Part shown: piece after piece, positions 19,201 to 27,895 of the stretch
How positions within the stretch are numbered: position 1 is the first letter of the stretch
How the letters are laid out: every line of letters begins with the position of its first letter
Virus record (IMG/VR): IMGVR_UViG_3300012979_000044
Span: 2,073-66,072 of that record
DNA length: 64,000 bases
Source of the DNA: a virus
Lineage: Duplodnaviria; Caudoviricetes
Strand: one strand, 5' to 3'
Translations under genes and position numbers: made by a program
The notes under the pieces: generated by a model
The model's database searches: none
Told to the model about the DNA's origin: nothing
What the model saw: only the letters and a program-made list of their open reading frames with translations

Positions 19201-20490
19201 AGTTCTGAAACCTGAGTAATATGACCGAACTCTCGAACCGTCTTCCATATTGAATCTCTCGTCAAAGTTTCTGAAGTAGTTCTTAAGCTCTTCTTTGAAA
19301 TTTCTCTGAGAGAAAGGATAGGGTACCTTAGCGTCCTCAACATACTGTTTGTACATTTCCCACGCAGCCTTTAACGTTGTACCATCCTCTTTTTTGAATA
19401 CAGAATACGAATCGATTATAAAGTTGTAGAAGTCGTTCGTAGCCCCCATCATAGAAAGCGGAACATAATCGTCATAGAAATATGGATCACGTTCGTACAC
19501 CTCTTTACAATGCCACGCAATAGCACCGAGCTCGAACGGAATATGATCAACAGCACGTTTGTAATCAGCTTGATTAAGCTTCTTTCCACTAGGTGTGACA
19601 TCAATGAGTCGTCTTATGAGACCTGACTTCGCATCTGTGATACGTACAGGCTTGTTTGTGCCCATAAATAAAAAGCACTTAAACCTGTTGGCGTAAGTAC
19701 TTTTAAATTTCTCATTGACAGTCATAAGCTCATGTGAAACTAAGCTGTTGAGTCTTGTGTTATCCTCAATCCTTGACAAATCACCATCGTGCTGTATCGC
19801 AACTAATGGATTTGACTTAAATGCTTCGAGCGCAAACGAATTACTTGGAGAACCGAGTGCCTTCGCATCGAATACAGAATAATATCCATCAAATAACATC
19901 TGTATTACGTTCAATATTGTCGATTTACCAGTACCTGCTGAGCCATACAGAACCATGAATTTCTGCAGCATCTTTGAATCACCATTCAGAATAGAACCTA
20001 TGGCCCATTCGATTTTATGTCTTTCGTTTTCAGAATATAATGTGCCGATGAGACGTTCCCATGACGGACATTTACCAGGCTCAAGTGGATATGGTAATCG
20101 TTTTGATGCATAGTCTTTCTTAGTAGTTTCAGTATTGGCAAATATAAGAGATTCGTCTAACATAGCAAACGAATCCCTCATTTGTTTTTGTACGTATTTA
20201 TGCCAGGCGTCTATCATACCAGACTCAGAATCCCACATATGCAGAATACGTACATCTTCGCCGAACTTATTACGATTATCTTCCACATATTTAGTAAGCT
20301 CGTAGTCTATCAAACGTAATGCGTCACTCTCGTTCGTAGACCACAAGCCTAATTCCTCTATCCACACTGCATAAAAATCACCGCCTCGTATCATGAGATC
20401 CTCTGATTTAGGATAGAGTTTAAATCGAGGATATACTTCCCACGTTCCGCTTTTTGTCCGCCTCGTGGAAATAATTATGAAATCTAACAC
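16255..20490 (-). CDS. Multidomain replicase: SF3 (D5-like) helicase + AEP primase + 3'-5' exonuclease + family B DNA polymerase
   Basis: GSAGTGKST; IIDFD / ELSKSGTGIHLHY; FFDIE, GFNNRRYD, YCDND; DDVASMHP, KTAINSVYG, HIKTDS. Confidence 0.85.
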   Translation of the reverse strand: MLDFIIISTRRTKSGTWEVYPRFKLYPKSEDLMIRGGDFYAVWIEELGLWSTNESDALRLIDYELTKYVEDNRNKFGEDVRILHMWDSESGMIDAWHKYVQKQMRDSFAMLDESLIFANTETTKKDYASKRLPYPLEPGKCPSWERLIGTLYSENERHKIEWAIGSILNGDSKMLQKFMVLYGSAGTGKSTILNVIQMLFDGYYSVFDAKALGSPSNSFALEAFKSNPLVAIQHDGDLSRIEDNTRLNSLVSHELMTVNEKFKSTYANRFKCFLFMGTNKPVRITDAKSGLIRRLIDVTPSGKKLNQADYKRAVDHIPFELGAIAWHCKEVYERDPYFYDDYVPLSMMGATNDFYNFIIDSYSVFKKEDGTTLKAAWEMYKQYVEDAKVPYPFSQRNFKEELKNYFRNFDERFNMEDGSRVRSYYSGFRTDKFETETEKKEEIKTEQKTWLDFEEQDSLFDKECVDCLAQYTSLKQTPINKWINVTSKLGDIDTHKLHYVKVPENHIIIDFDLTGPDGKKSLELNLAEASKWPATYAELSKSGTGIHLHYIYTGDVEKLSRVYDDKIEIKAFTGNSSLRRMLTKCVNLPIAVISSGLPLKEDGKMLSSDSIKNEKHLRVLIKKNLNKEIHSSTKCSVDFIYKLLEDAYNSGMIYDVSDMYNSILAFAGNSTNKADICMDTVDKMKFKSDEPAANVDTDGDIPIVFFDIEVFPNLFIVNYKFQGKENPVIRMINPSPSDIEMLTHYRLIGFNNRRYDNHIIYARLMGKTNEELYHISQRIIAGDRNAFFGAAYNLSYTDIYDFASAGNKKSLKKLEIEMGIHHQELGLPWDQPVPEELWPKVAEYCDNDVIATEAAFEYLSADWTARQILADLAGMTVNDTTNTLTTRFIFGNEKNPQREFCYRNLAEPVFELDPEVEKFLREKFPEMMAQRHGEAGSLLPYFPGYKFENGKSYYRGEEVGEGGWAEGIPGMYVNVGLDDVASMHPHSAMAECIFGPRFTRAFYDIVYGRVEIKHESWDVVNEMLDGKLTPYVEKVIRGEMSSGDLANALKTAINSVYGLTAAHFDNAFRDPRNVDNIVAKRGALFMLDLREAVREQGFKVVHIKTDSIKIENATKEIIEFVYNFGKRYGYTFEHEATYDKMTLVNDAVYIAKYAMPDKCEKMYGYIPGDNKKKGGKWTATGKQFAVPYLFKTLFSKEDIVFEDMCETFAVSKGDLYLDFNESLPDVSEWELIHDTRLAIANGKADKCRKRDLALVDEYASMSDDELTSVISEGHDMAFVGRVGQFCPVAEGTNGGILYRVADGKNYAAPGSTGYRWVESEQIKMMGREGDIDRSFYTKLIDDAVAEISKYGDFEWFVSDETVPLPIDLPWVMECGRDTCTGCSNLVVDGGKIYCKKGHDNSDYASSFYEPF

Positions 20491-20505
20491 ATTACATATG
20501 CTCCT

Positions 20506-21018
20506 TTACGTTATTGTATCAAGATACCAGTTCATCTGATACCATATTTCGACATCTCGTAAATCGACAGTGGTATTTCGAACAGTAAACAAGCCGCCTT
20601 TTCCGTTTCTCTCGTATCTACGGTCAAGGAATCGATGCACTCTTTCTTCGACATATTTTTTATCAAATATAGAATCCTGTTGTCCACCTAATCCCATATT
20701 AGTAGTCATCTGCCAGAACCACTGACCGGTTCTATTTCCATACTCGGGATTATCCATGATGTTTTCTTCCATTCTCAACGATAGAGCAACCATCATTTCG
20801 AGAACAGAGCAAGGACCGTCAAGAATAGCGATAATATCATCGGCTTTGAACTCGTATCCGTTCTCCAGAGCGAAACGATATCGCAGTTCGAGTCCGTCGT
20901 TATATCGGTTCTCGTCTTTTAATATCGTATACGTGAATTCTGTATCATGAAAGAACATTAACAGTTTTCTGAATGATATATCTGGAATGATTCGGTCCTT
21001 TGTCACAATGCTGTACAT
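20506..21018 (-). CDS. Conserved phage hypothetical protein (true start may be upstream)
   Basis: PCSVLEMMVALS..ME...WFW.M; frame stays open upstream to about 21063. Confidence 0.75.
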   Translation of the reverse strand: MYSIVTKDRIIPDISFRKLLMFFHDTEFTYTILKDENRYNDGLELRYRFALENGYEFKADDIIAILDGPCSVLEMMVALSLRMEENIMDNPEYGNRTGQWFWQMTTNMGLGGQQDSIFDKKYVEERVHRFLDRRYERNGKGGLFTVRNTTVDLRDVEIWYQMNWYLDTIT

Positions 21019-21069
21019 CCAATTAAAATAGTCGTTACGAATGTCGTCATTTATATTTCTAATACCTCA

Positions 21070-21636
21070 TCACTCCTCCTCGTCTGTGTATCGACAGTTA
21101 TTTAATACAACTTCGTAGTCCATTTCTTTGTAAGTGTTACGAATATAAAGTGTCTCGTAACCGCAATTTAAGAATCTGTCTTTCCAATCTACGCCGATTG
21201 CCTCCGCAACTTCGTCCTCAGAAAGAACCTCGCCAACACCGTCGACAACAACGTCGTCTACCATAAAGTAATCCAATGACTCAGTCTCGAATTCGAAACC
21301 GTATTCGTCGTCGTTAATGAACGATACAAATGGATTGTCGTCTTCGCTTGGTAAGTCATAGTCCTTATCGTCGTTACGTTTACTGTAATTTGTGTAACCC
21401 TCATTAGAGAGTACCTTTTCATAATCAGCAGTATGATCTACTTCCTCGATTTTTTCATCCGGGGAATTTTTCGGTTCTGTTTTTGCCTTTTTCTTTGAAT
21501 ATACCTCTTTCACAGACGCAATCTCCTCATCTGCGATGTTTTTGTAGTACTGCTTTGTAGCAAACCAAGTTGCAACAGAACCAACTGCTGCTCCCGCTAC
21601 AAATATCACCGCTGCTTTTACTTTGTTATTCATCAA
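21070..21636 (-). CDS. Membrane-anchored acidic hypothetical protein
   Basis: N-terminal FVAGAAVGSV helix; acidic C-terminus. Confidence 0.75.
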   Translation of the reverse strand: MMNNKVKAAVIFVAGAAVGSVATWFATKQYYKNIADEEIASVKEVYSKKKAKTEPKNSPDEKIEEVDHTADYEKVLSNEGYTNYSKRNDDKDYDLPSEDDNPFVSFINDDEYGFEFETESLDYFMVDDVVVDGVGEVLSEDEVAEAIGVDWKDRFLNCGYETLYIRNTYKEMDYEVVLNNCRYTDEEE

Positions 21637-21787
21637 TGTCAGCCTCCATTTTTAAAGATATTACAGTGATAGCCAAACCTCCAAACAATAAGGAGATGCT
21701 CATAAGAGCACCACCTACAATATGTTTTTTAGTTCGGGTATCGAGTATCTCATCAACCAATACCATAAGCATTTCTAATCGTTCCAT
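21626..21787 (-). CDS. 53-aa membrane protein
   Basis: Hand-translated MERLEMLMVLVDEILDTRTKKHIVGGALMSISLLFGGLAITVISLKMEADIDE. Confidence 0.6.
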   Translation of the reverse strand: MERLEMLMVLVDEILDTRTKKHIVGGALMSISLLFGGLAITVISLKMEADIDE

Positions 21788-21793
21788 AAAGCC

Positions 21794-21889
21794 TCACTCC
21801 TTAGATAATATGACCATACCACCCATAAAGAAAATACTGGCTATCGTGAACAAACAATAAGATGTTACGTTAATTGTTTGATGACTCAT
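21794..21889 (-). CDS. 31-aa membrane peptide
   Basis: MSHQTINVTSYCLFTIASIFFMGGMVILSKE; AGGAG RBS. Confidence 0.55.
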   Translation of the reverse strand: MSHQTINVTSYCLFTIASIFFMGGMVILSKE

Positions 21890-21901
21890 AGTTTTTCACT
21901 C

Positions 21902-22117
21902 CTATATAGAGTTTTCGGGAATATAAATACCTGATTGTAATTCATATCCGGGTATCCTGCCTAATCCTAGACCACATTTGACAGTAGATACGCCGGCACC
22001 CATTTTTACTGCTGCTTCTTCCGCGGTTAAGAAGCCTATCAGTTTACCATCGTGTATAACTGGTTCGTTTTCAAGATTGTTTTGTAGAATATAAACGATC
22101 AGGTCTTTACCCGTCAT
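21902..22117 (-). CDS. Small HTH (excisionase-like fold) protein
   Basis: LTAEEAAVKMGAGVSTVK. Confidence 0.55.
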   Translation of the reverse strand: MTGKDLIVYILQNNLENEPVIHDGKLIGFLTAEEAAVKMGAGVSTVKCGLGLGRIPGYELQSGIYIPENSI

Positions 22118-22118
22118 T

Positions 22119-23054
22119 TTACATCAGCTCCCAGATGTTGCCGTCGACATTGAAATCAAGGAGAATTACTCTTTCGTATCCGTTTACGAATGCACGAACA
22201 CGTTCTCTGTTAGTATCGTAGATACCAAAGTCAATATAGTTATCGCCGACAGGATTCTTTTCGTCATAAACCCAACCAACGACATGACCAGCCTTAGTTT
22301 CCGGAATACCAAGTGCTTTATATACGTCGTTAAGGAATACTCTTCCATCAGCTTTGAGTTTATTATTGAAATGTGCCTGTACTGTTTTCAGATAACACAG
22401 ATTGTGCTCAGGATCCTTAGTCCATCCGTTGCACCCCTCATCGAAGAAACGGCTGTAATCGGAATACGTATTAGGATCGTCGCAAACTTCCTTGATTTCC
22501 TTTACTACTTTTTCTTCACCTGTCTCTTCGTCGATCTCAGTATGCTCGAATTCTTTTGATTTGATGTTATAACGAAGCTCGTGATCAAGTTCCTTACCGA
22601 ATCTTTCTACGACACGGTTTCTGTAGTCCTTGAATGTGCCCTCTACTGTTGCATAAGCTGCTGCAAGTGCTGCATTACGCTTGTTGAGAATATTGTGTGA
22701 GCAAATAATAGCTGTGATTGACACCGCACCGAGTGCTACAGCTGGTGCGTATAACTTAGCGATCTTAACGCCAGTCTGAACATTTACGATTGCTGTATCC
22801 TTCTTGTGATCTTCTTCAGTATATTTATTAGAATATCCTTTTTCCTCAACATATGAATCGAACTTTTCGAGGTTTTCTTCACGCTCAGCGAGAACCTCAT
22901 CGATCTTAAGTGTCGCACGACAAGCAAGTACACCAGCACCTACAACACCAACAATGCCTGCACCTACAAGGATCGCAGGACTATGCTTCTTAGCTTTGAA
23001 GCCTACACGATGCAGGCCTCTTGACATTTTATTTTTAATAGCTTCGAGTTTCAT
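22119..23054 (-). CDS. DUF6353-like phage protein
   Basis: KKHSPAILVGAGIVG...AAYA...YR.RV...G.VFLNDVY. Confidence 0.8.
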   Translation of the reverse strand: MKLEAIKNKMSRGLHRVGFKAKKHSPAILVGAGIVGVVGAGVLACRATLKIDEVLAEREENLEKFDSYVEEKGYSNKYTEEDHKKDTAIVNVQTGVKIAKLYAPAVALGAVSITAIICSHNILNKRNAALAAAYATVEGTFKDYRNRVVERFGKELDHELRYNIKSKEFEHTEIDEETGEEKVVKEIKEVCDDPNTYSDYSRFFDEGCNGWTKDPEHNLCYLKTVQAHFNNKLKADGRVFLNDVYKALGIPETKAGHVVGWVYDEKNPVGDNYIDFGIYDTNRERVRAFVNGYERVILLDFNVDGNIWELM

Positions 23055-23056
23055 AA

Positions 23057-23332
23057 TTACTCTACCTCCGTTTTATTTTCTTTTTCGAGTTTTTCTACAT
23101 GATCAATGAGATGATTGAGATACCATCTTGCTTTCTTCAGGTCTTCGAGACCATTCTTACCCTTCCATCTGCACATATATTTGAGAATGTTTCCAGTATC
23201 TGTTGCTTCGATACCTTTCAGGTCAAAAGTAAAGGCCTCAATGACGTCAATCGTCTCAAGGCCTGTTTCTGACTTATAATGTGCTGGATGGTTCACCATA
23301 TCTGGTGTTGCCGCATTAAGTTTAGCTGCCAT
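23057..23332 (-). CDS. DUF3310-like protein
   Basis: DMVNHPAHY...GNILKY..RW..KNGLEDLKKARWYL. Confidence 0.85.
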   Translation of the reverse strand: MAAKLNAATPDMVNHPAHYKSETGLETIDVIEAFTFDLKGIEATDTGNILKYMCRWKGKNGLEDLKKARWYLNHLIDHVEKLEKENKTEVE

Positions 23333-23343
23333 GCATTTCCTCC

Positions 23344-23940
23344 TTACAGTGCAGTAGCTCGTGGGAGCTTAATAATATAACCGTCTCTTGTACGTACAAC
23401 ATCTGCAGAACGCAGTGATGTCCATCCGTACTTATTGTCTGTATAGTCGCAGCTGAGACCAGCTAAGTCGTACATATCCGCAACTGAGACAGAACGGTAC
23501 GTATCGATAAGCTCGTCCATTCTATCGAGAACTTCCTCAGCTTCTCCACGACTGTCAAATACGATATTGTCGAAATCATATCCTCTACTTGTTCTGGAGC
23601 TACGGAATCTATCGTCTCGATCGTCAGAATATGATCTGTAAGATACATATCCGGAAGAGCTAGAACGTCCGCTTCTCTTTTTATCAGTTCCGAGAAGCAT
23701 CGCTACTCCGTCCGTAACGATATCAGATACCGCCTTTTTGATAGACGGAATAAGAATATCATTGACGATATAGCTACCTACATTACCAGCGTCTTCGCCG
23801 ATGAATGCGCTAGCGATTTTACTGCTCTTCTTAGACTTAACTTTTGACACCTTTCCTGTTACAACAGGCTTGTCAACTCTTTTTTCTCGTTCAGCAGCCT
23901 CTGCTTTTGATTTGTGTGAATTTGATTTGTAATCAGACAT
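23344..23940 (-). CDS. Conserved phage hypothetical protein
   Basis: Start moved to MSDYKSNS (AGGAG RBS); VSVADMYDLAG...YGW. Confidence 0.75.
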   Translation of the reverse strand: MSDYKSNSHKSKAEAAEREKRVDKPVVTGKVSKVKSKKSSKIASAFIGEDAGNVGSYIVNDILIPSIKKAVSDIVTDGVAMLLGTDKKRSGRSSSSGYVSYRSYSDDRDDRFRSSRTSRGYDFDNIVFDSRGEAEEVLDRMDELIDTYRSVSVADMYDLAGLSCDYTDNKYGWTSLRSADVVRTRDGYIIKLPRATAL

Positions 23941-23976
23941 GTCAATTACTCCTTTCGAATATAAAAAGAAAAGCCA

Positions 23977-23998
23977 AGACACTATGTTTCAAGTGTCT
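23977..23998 (-). terminator. Intrinsic terminator with TGAAACAT loop
   Basis: AGACACT-TGAAACAT-AGTGTCT followed by T-rich tail. Confidence 0.65.
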
Positions 23999-24011
23999 CA
24001 GCTGTAGGTTC

Positions 24012-24377
24012 TCACTTCTTTTTCTTCTTTTTTGCAGGATACTTTTCAGTATCTTCCTCGATGTCTTCAACGTCCTCTTCTACTTCCTCGATGTCTTCAG
24101 CTTCGACTTCGATAATTTCTTCGTCTTCGACCTTCTTGCGTTTCTTCTTCTTAGGCTCGTCCTGTTCGTCCTTCTTGCTCTTAACCTTCTTTACGATTGC
24201 CTTAACGCCCTTCTGCACCAGTGCAAATGCACCGATTGCAGCAGCCGCTACGGCTACGTATTTGATTGTTTCGTTGCCTTCAGACTCACAGTCGCCTGTG
24301 TAGTCACAAGTGTCGAGACTATAATCTCCGTCATAGTTTGTCTCGGTTTCAAAATTAGTCATTGTTTCTTCGTTCAT
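24012..24377 (-). CDS. Membrane-anchored protein with highly charged Lys/Glu tail
   Basis: TM AVAAAAIGAFALV; poly-K and E/D tracts. Confidence 0.7.
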   Translation of the reverse strand: MNEETMTNFETETNYDGDYSLDTCDYTGDCESEGNETIKYVAVAAAAIGAFALVQKGVKAIVKKVKSKKDEQDEPKKKKRKKVEDEEIIEVEAEDIEEVEEDVEDIEEDTEKYPAKKKKKK

Positions 24378-24434
24378 GATAATTTCTCCTTTTAAAAAAA
24401 TTAATAATTAGTGAGAGTTACCTCTCATAATAGT

Positions 24435-25208
24435 TTATGAAAACTTCGCGAATCCGTACTTAGGGTCTTCTTTGAATCCAAGAACCAAGCACGGACGTCC
24501 GTCATCAGCTACAAGGGCATGGATATCTTCTTCGATCAAGCCCCAATCAATTTTCCAACCGATAGAATCACCGATATTGGTATGACTAAGGCCAAGTTCG
24601 TCGTAGAAATCGTTTAAGGACGCGCACATCGCCATATCGGTCATCATCGTATGATTTAAACGATTTATTGCACGTCTGATAGTTTCCATGTCAGAATCGA
24701 AATATCGATCGTTGAATGGATCGTAGCAAAGTGAAGTGCCTTTGCCAGTGATGATAACCTGATTTTTTGAGACTGGATTTTCTCTCAAGTGATCACGTTC
24801 TATTTCCTCTCTTATCGCTTTCTCCTTTTTCTCGCCTATAGTCTCTACGACTTTCTCTTTGTACTCAGCCAAAGCAGTTTCGGAGATTTTATAGGCGGTC
24901 GCAAGTGCAGCATTACGCTTAACATTTGTTGCACTCGCACCGATAAGACAACCAACAGAAGCAACACAAGTTACAGCAGCCGGAATATAAGGTTTCCATG
25001 CTACTTTTACTGTCTCAATAGGTGTAAGTTCATCAACATCGAGATATTCTTTCTCATCTTCGATTAACTGTAACGCTTTAGGCGTAGCCTTTACCGCCAT
25101 TACAGTCGTAGTCAACATACCAGCAATACCAATTCCAGTAAGTATCTCGGGACTGTGTTTTACGCATGCAGTTTTGAATGACGCACACGCAGCTTTAAAT
25201 TTTGACAT
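24435..25208 (-). CDS. DUF6353-like phage protein (paralog)
   Basis: KHSPEILTGIG...AVKATPKALQLIE...SLNDFYDELGL. Confidence 0.8.
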   Translation of the reverse strand: MSKFKAACASFKTACVKHSPEILTGIGIAGMLTTTVMAVKATPKALQLIEDEKEYLDVDELTPIETVKVAWKPYIPAAVTCVASVGCLIGASATNVKRNAALATAYKISETALAEYKEKVVETIGEKKEKAIREEIERDHLRENPVSKNQVIITGKGTSLCYDPFNDRYFDSDMETIRRAINRLNHTMMTDMAMCASLNDFYDELGLSHTNIGDSIGWKIDWGLIEEDIHALVADDGRPCLVLGFKEDPKYGFAKFS

Positions 25209-25266
25209 GATAATGTCTCTCCTTTCAGAAAAACAAAAAGGACCCAAATATGAGTCCCTTTACGGT

Positions 25267-25449
25267 TTATTCATTTTTATTAGCAAGCTCCTTCAAGATC
25301 TCGTCTTTAAGTTGAGCCTTCATATCGTTTCTGTTGTTCTTTTCAACCACATTGCTAAGCAGTACACCTGCTACTCCAATGATTGTTGATGTCACAGCAG
25401 CTACCTTACCAAGGTCCACTTTTTTCAACATGTCTTTCATGAGTCTCAC
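25267..25449 (-). CDS. Small membrane protein
   Basis: One TM segment; in a cassette. Confidence 0.65.
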   Translation of the reverse strand: MRLMKDMLKKVDLGKVAAVTSTIIGVAGVLLSNVVEKNNRNDMKAQLKDEILKELANKNE

Positions 25450-25482
25450 CTCCTTTCATAATACGGCATGAAATCCTCGCGA

Positions 25483-26238
25483 TTAGTAGTATCGAAAGGC
25501 TTCGTCTGGGCGATACGGCATTGTAATAATGATAGTTTCTAGACCGTCATCGTTAACTGTTTTTTCGAAATTAAATTCAATCCAGTTATAGCCAAAGAAA
25601 CTCCAATTATAAGATTCTTTAGACCAACCAATTAAGTCGCCACCCTTCATTTTTTTAACACCGAGTAGTTCGTACCAGTCGTTGACTGTGACTTCTTCTA
25701 ACAAACTGAATAACTTGTTAAGTTCGTATTCAGCTAGTTTTACTCGCTCAGGATCAAGTTCGAAATATCGTCCTGAGAACTCATCAAAATATAATTTTTC
25801 GCCATTATCAAGAGGTCCTTTGTGTTCGTACCAGTCGTTAATAGCGTCTTCAATTTCCTTATCAGCATCTTCACCATAACGTTCTGCGACTTGTTTTTTA
25901 TATTCACGATAACGTTCGCTAAGTAATGCGTAAGAAGACATTAAAGACGCCTGCTGTTTCTTATTCAAAGCATTTGCTCCGAAAATACAAGCGATTGTCG
26001 CTGCTCCAGTTGTAACGGCTGGAATATACGGTTTCCAAGCGACCTGCACTTTTTCTACAGGAGTTAACTCTTCACCTTTAACTTCTTCAGCTTCTTCGAT
26101 CAACTGTAGCGCTTTAGGTGTAGCCTTTACCGCCATTACAGTCGTAGCGATAACGCCGCCAGCTCCGATCACGGTAAGAATAGTTGAACCGTGTTTGTGT
26201 ATTACTTTTTTCGCTTTGTGCACAAGTTTACATCTCAT
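25483..26238 (-). CDS. DUF6353-like phage protein (paralog)
   Basis: KHGSTILTVIGAGG...AVKATPKALQLIE...TVNDWYELLG. Confidence 0.8.
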   Translation of the reverse strand: MRCKLVHKAKKVIHKHGSTILTVIGAGGVIATTVMAVKATPKALQLIEEAEEVKGEELTPVEKVQVAWKPYIPAVTTGAATIACIFGANALNKKQQASLMSSYALLSERYREYKKQVAERYGEDADKEIEDAINDWYEHKGPLDNGEKLYFDEFSGRYFELDPERVKLAEYELNKLFSLLEEVTVNDWYELLGVKKMKGGDLIGWSKESYNWSFFGYNWIEFNFEKTVNDDGLETIIITMPYRPDEAFRYY

Positions 26239-26270
26239 CGTTCTCACCCTTTCAAAATATAAAAGTAAAA

Positions 26271-26337
26271 GAAATAGTGTAAGACTTGAACTTACCCTTC
26301 TAGTTTCCTAGCTGCTCCCCAGTGAGCTTTCTATTTC
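26271..26337 (-). ncRNA. tRNA-like RNA with the anticodon loop replaced by a GAAA tetraloop
   Basis: GAAATAG/CTATTTC acceptor stem, GCTC-ACTGGG-GAGC D arm, CTAG-GAAA-CTAG, GTAAG-TTCAAGT-CTTAC T arm; motif copy directly upstream, T tract directly downstream. Confidence 0.65.
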
Positions 26338-26407
26338 TCATAATACGGCATGAAATCTTCGCGAAAATGAAAACGGAAGAGAACCGAAGTTCAATTCCGC
26401 ATATGTA

Positions 26408-26758
26408 TTAGCTCTCCTTTACCTCAGGCTTGTCAAGTTTCTTTGTAATCTTGTCAAGCTTGGTATGAAGTTCTGCCATATGAATGAATAATGCCTTCTG
26501 GTTCTCTATCGCCAAGTCCATGTTGCGTTCGATTTTTGTAATCTTCTCTCCAATGGTGTCATAGAAGTCACACATTTCTGTCGTAGCATCTTTACTTACC
26601 TTCACAGCCTTCATCATCAGTGAAAATGCCTTAACCGCTGCCTCGTCCTCGGCCATATCAGCCATCAGGTCGATATCCATCGCGCTAAGCGCCATCTTCA
26701 TAGCTTCGTCCATGATTTCGTTAAGTTCCTTTGCCATTCCCTTAAAATTTGTGTTCAT
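26408..26758 (-). CDS. Coiled-coil hypothetical protein
   Basis: AGGAG RBS; in a cassette. Confidence 0.75.
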   Translation of the reverse strand: MNTNFKGMAKELNEIMDEAMKMALSAMDIDLMADMAEDEAAVKAFSLMMKAVKVSKDATTEMCDFYDTIGEKITKIERNMDLAIENQKALFIHMAELHTKLDKITKKLDKPEVKES

Positions 26759-26834
26759 AATATTTTTCTCCTTTGAATAAAAATTTTTTATCGAAACTCT
26801 ATGGTTTCATAATACGCTGTGAATTTTTCGCGAA

Positions 26835-27206
26835 TTAAATATAACGTCTATCAAAGGTAGTATCCCATCTTTCTTTTTTGATAGGTTTCATTTTAAGAGA
26901 CCACATTATTTGTCGTATGGTAACAGTAGAATATAAACCGTCCTTACGCTCACTTGAACGTTCTTCAAAGAAATCTTTAAAACCAGGATGCAAATATAAA
27001 GCGTCAGTCAACCAAGGATCTATCTCACTCCACCAAGTCTTTTTCGTAGTGGGATCATAACGCTGTTGAATCACAGCTAATCCTCGATCCTCTATTAAAA
27101 ATAAAGTACATCTGTTATATACGGGGTGATCGCAGATGTATGTACGTCCGTACTTAGACAAATATATAGTTGGTTTTTCGTAATGGTATCGCATGTTCCT
27201 CCGCAA
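26835..27206 (-). CDS. Conserved phage hypothetical protein
   Basis: YICDHPVYNRCTLF...GLAVIQQRY; GGAGG RBS suggests a start a few codons downstream (MRYHY). Confidence 0.75.
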   Translation of the reverse strand: MRRNMRYHYEKPTIYLSKYGRTYICDHPVYNRCTLFLIEDRGLAVIQQRYDPTTKKTWWSEIDPWLTDALYLHPGFKDFFEERSSERKDGLYSTVTIRQIMWSLKMKPIKKERWDTTFDRRYI

Positions 27207-27248
27207 AACTAAGAGGCTACAACATTCGTAACCTCAAAGTTGTGTTTA

Positions 27249-27413
27249 TTACTTCTTAATCTTGTTGTCGATCTTCTGCTTCAACTCTTTTGCTTTTGTC
27301 GCAACGAGTTCTCTCGCTTCGGGTACGAACGCAATAACTGTTGCCGCTGGCACAATTATCTGTCCGATCCAAAGTCTAAGTTCTCTTGCCGCTTCAATGT
27401 CTTTGTGACGCAT
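27249..27413 (-). CDS. 54-aa hypothetical protein
   Basis: Hand-translated MRHKDIEAARELRLWIGQIIVPAATVIAFVPEARELVATKAKELKQKIDNKIKK; AGGAG RBS. Confidence 0.7.
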   Translation of the reverse strand: MRHKDIEAARELRLWIGQIIVPAATVIAFVPEARELVATKAKELKQKIDNKIKK

Positions 27414-27467
27414 AAATATCAACTCCTTTCATTATAGGCGATGTTATGTGCGCGAGAGCAAAAACAA

Positions 27468-27487
27468 GAGGGTGTGTTTCAACCCTC
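27468..27487 (-). terminator. Intrinsic terminator with TGAAACAC loop
   Basis: GAGGGT-TGAAACAC-ACCCTC followed by T-rich tail. Confidence 0.7.
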
Positions 27488-27505
27488 AAGTCTTGCCGTT
27501 TAGTT

Positions 27506-27895
27506 TCACTTCTTAAATAGTCGGTTAAAGAAGTTTCTGCCTGCCACCGTTGTGATTGTTCCTGTTTCTTCGAACTTGATGCTCTTCAGTGTTCCCCAGA
27601 TTGTAAGTCCTGCAGGGATTGCGATACCTAACGCCTGGAGACAGTTCTGAGTCTTATTGTTCTTCTTCTCGTTTTCAGCCTTAGCTTCGTCGATCTCATT
27701 CTTACTCTTTTCGAGTTCGAATTCATCGTCAGCTTTGCGTTCTTCGAGTTCAAGCTTCTTAAGCTCAATTTCTCTGTCCATCAGCTTGGTGATCGCATCG
27801 ACCGCGGTCTTATGCTCATCAGTTCCTACCTGAATCTTCGAAAGTTCTTCGAATTCCTCTTTGATTTCTTCGGTGAGTAAATGTTTTGTACTCAT
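27506..27895 (-). CDS. Coiled-coil protein with a C-terminal hydrophobic segment
   Basis: GGAGG RBS; in a cassette. Confidence 0.75.
   Translation of the reverse strand: MSTKHLLTEEIKEEFEELSKIQVGTDEHKTAVDAITKLMDREIELKKLELEERKADDEFELEKSKNEIDEAKAENEKKNNKTQNCLQALGIAIPAGLTIWGTLKSIKFEETGTITTVAGRNFFNRLFKK

Noticed and set aside
26271-26337. Calling this a functional tRNA gene
   Set aside because: No 7-nt anticodon loop and no CCA; reported as a tRNA-like RNA instead.
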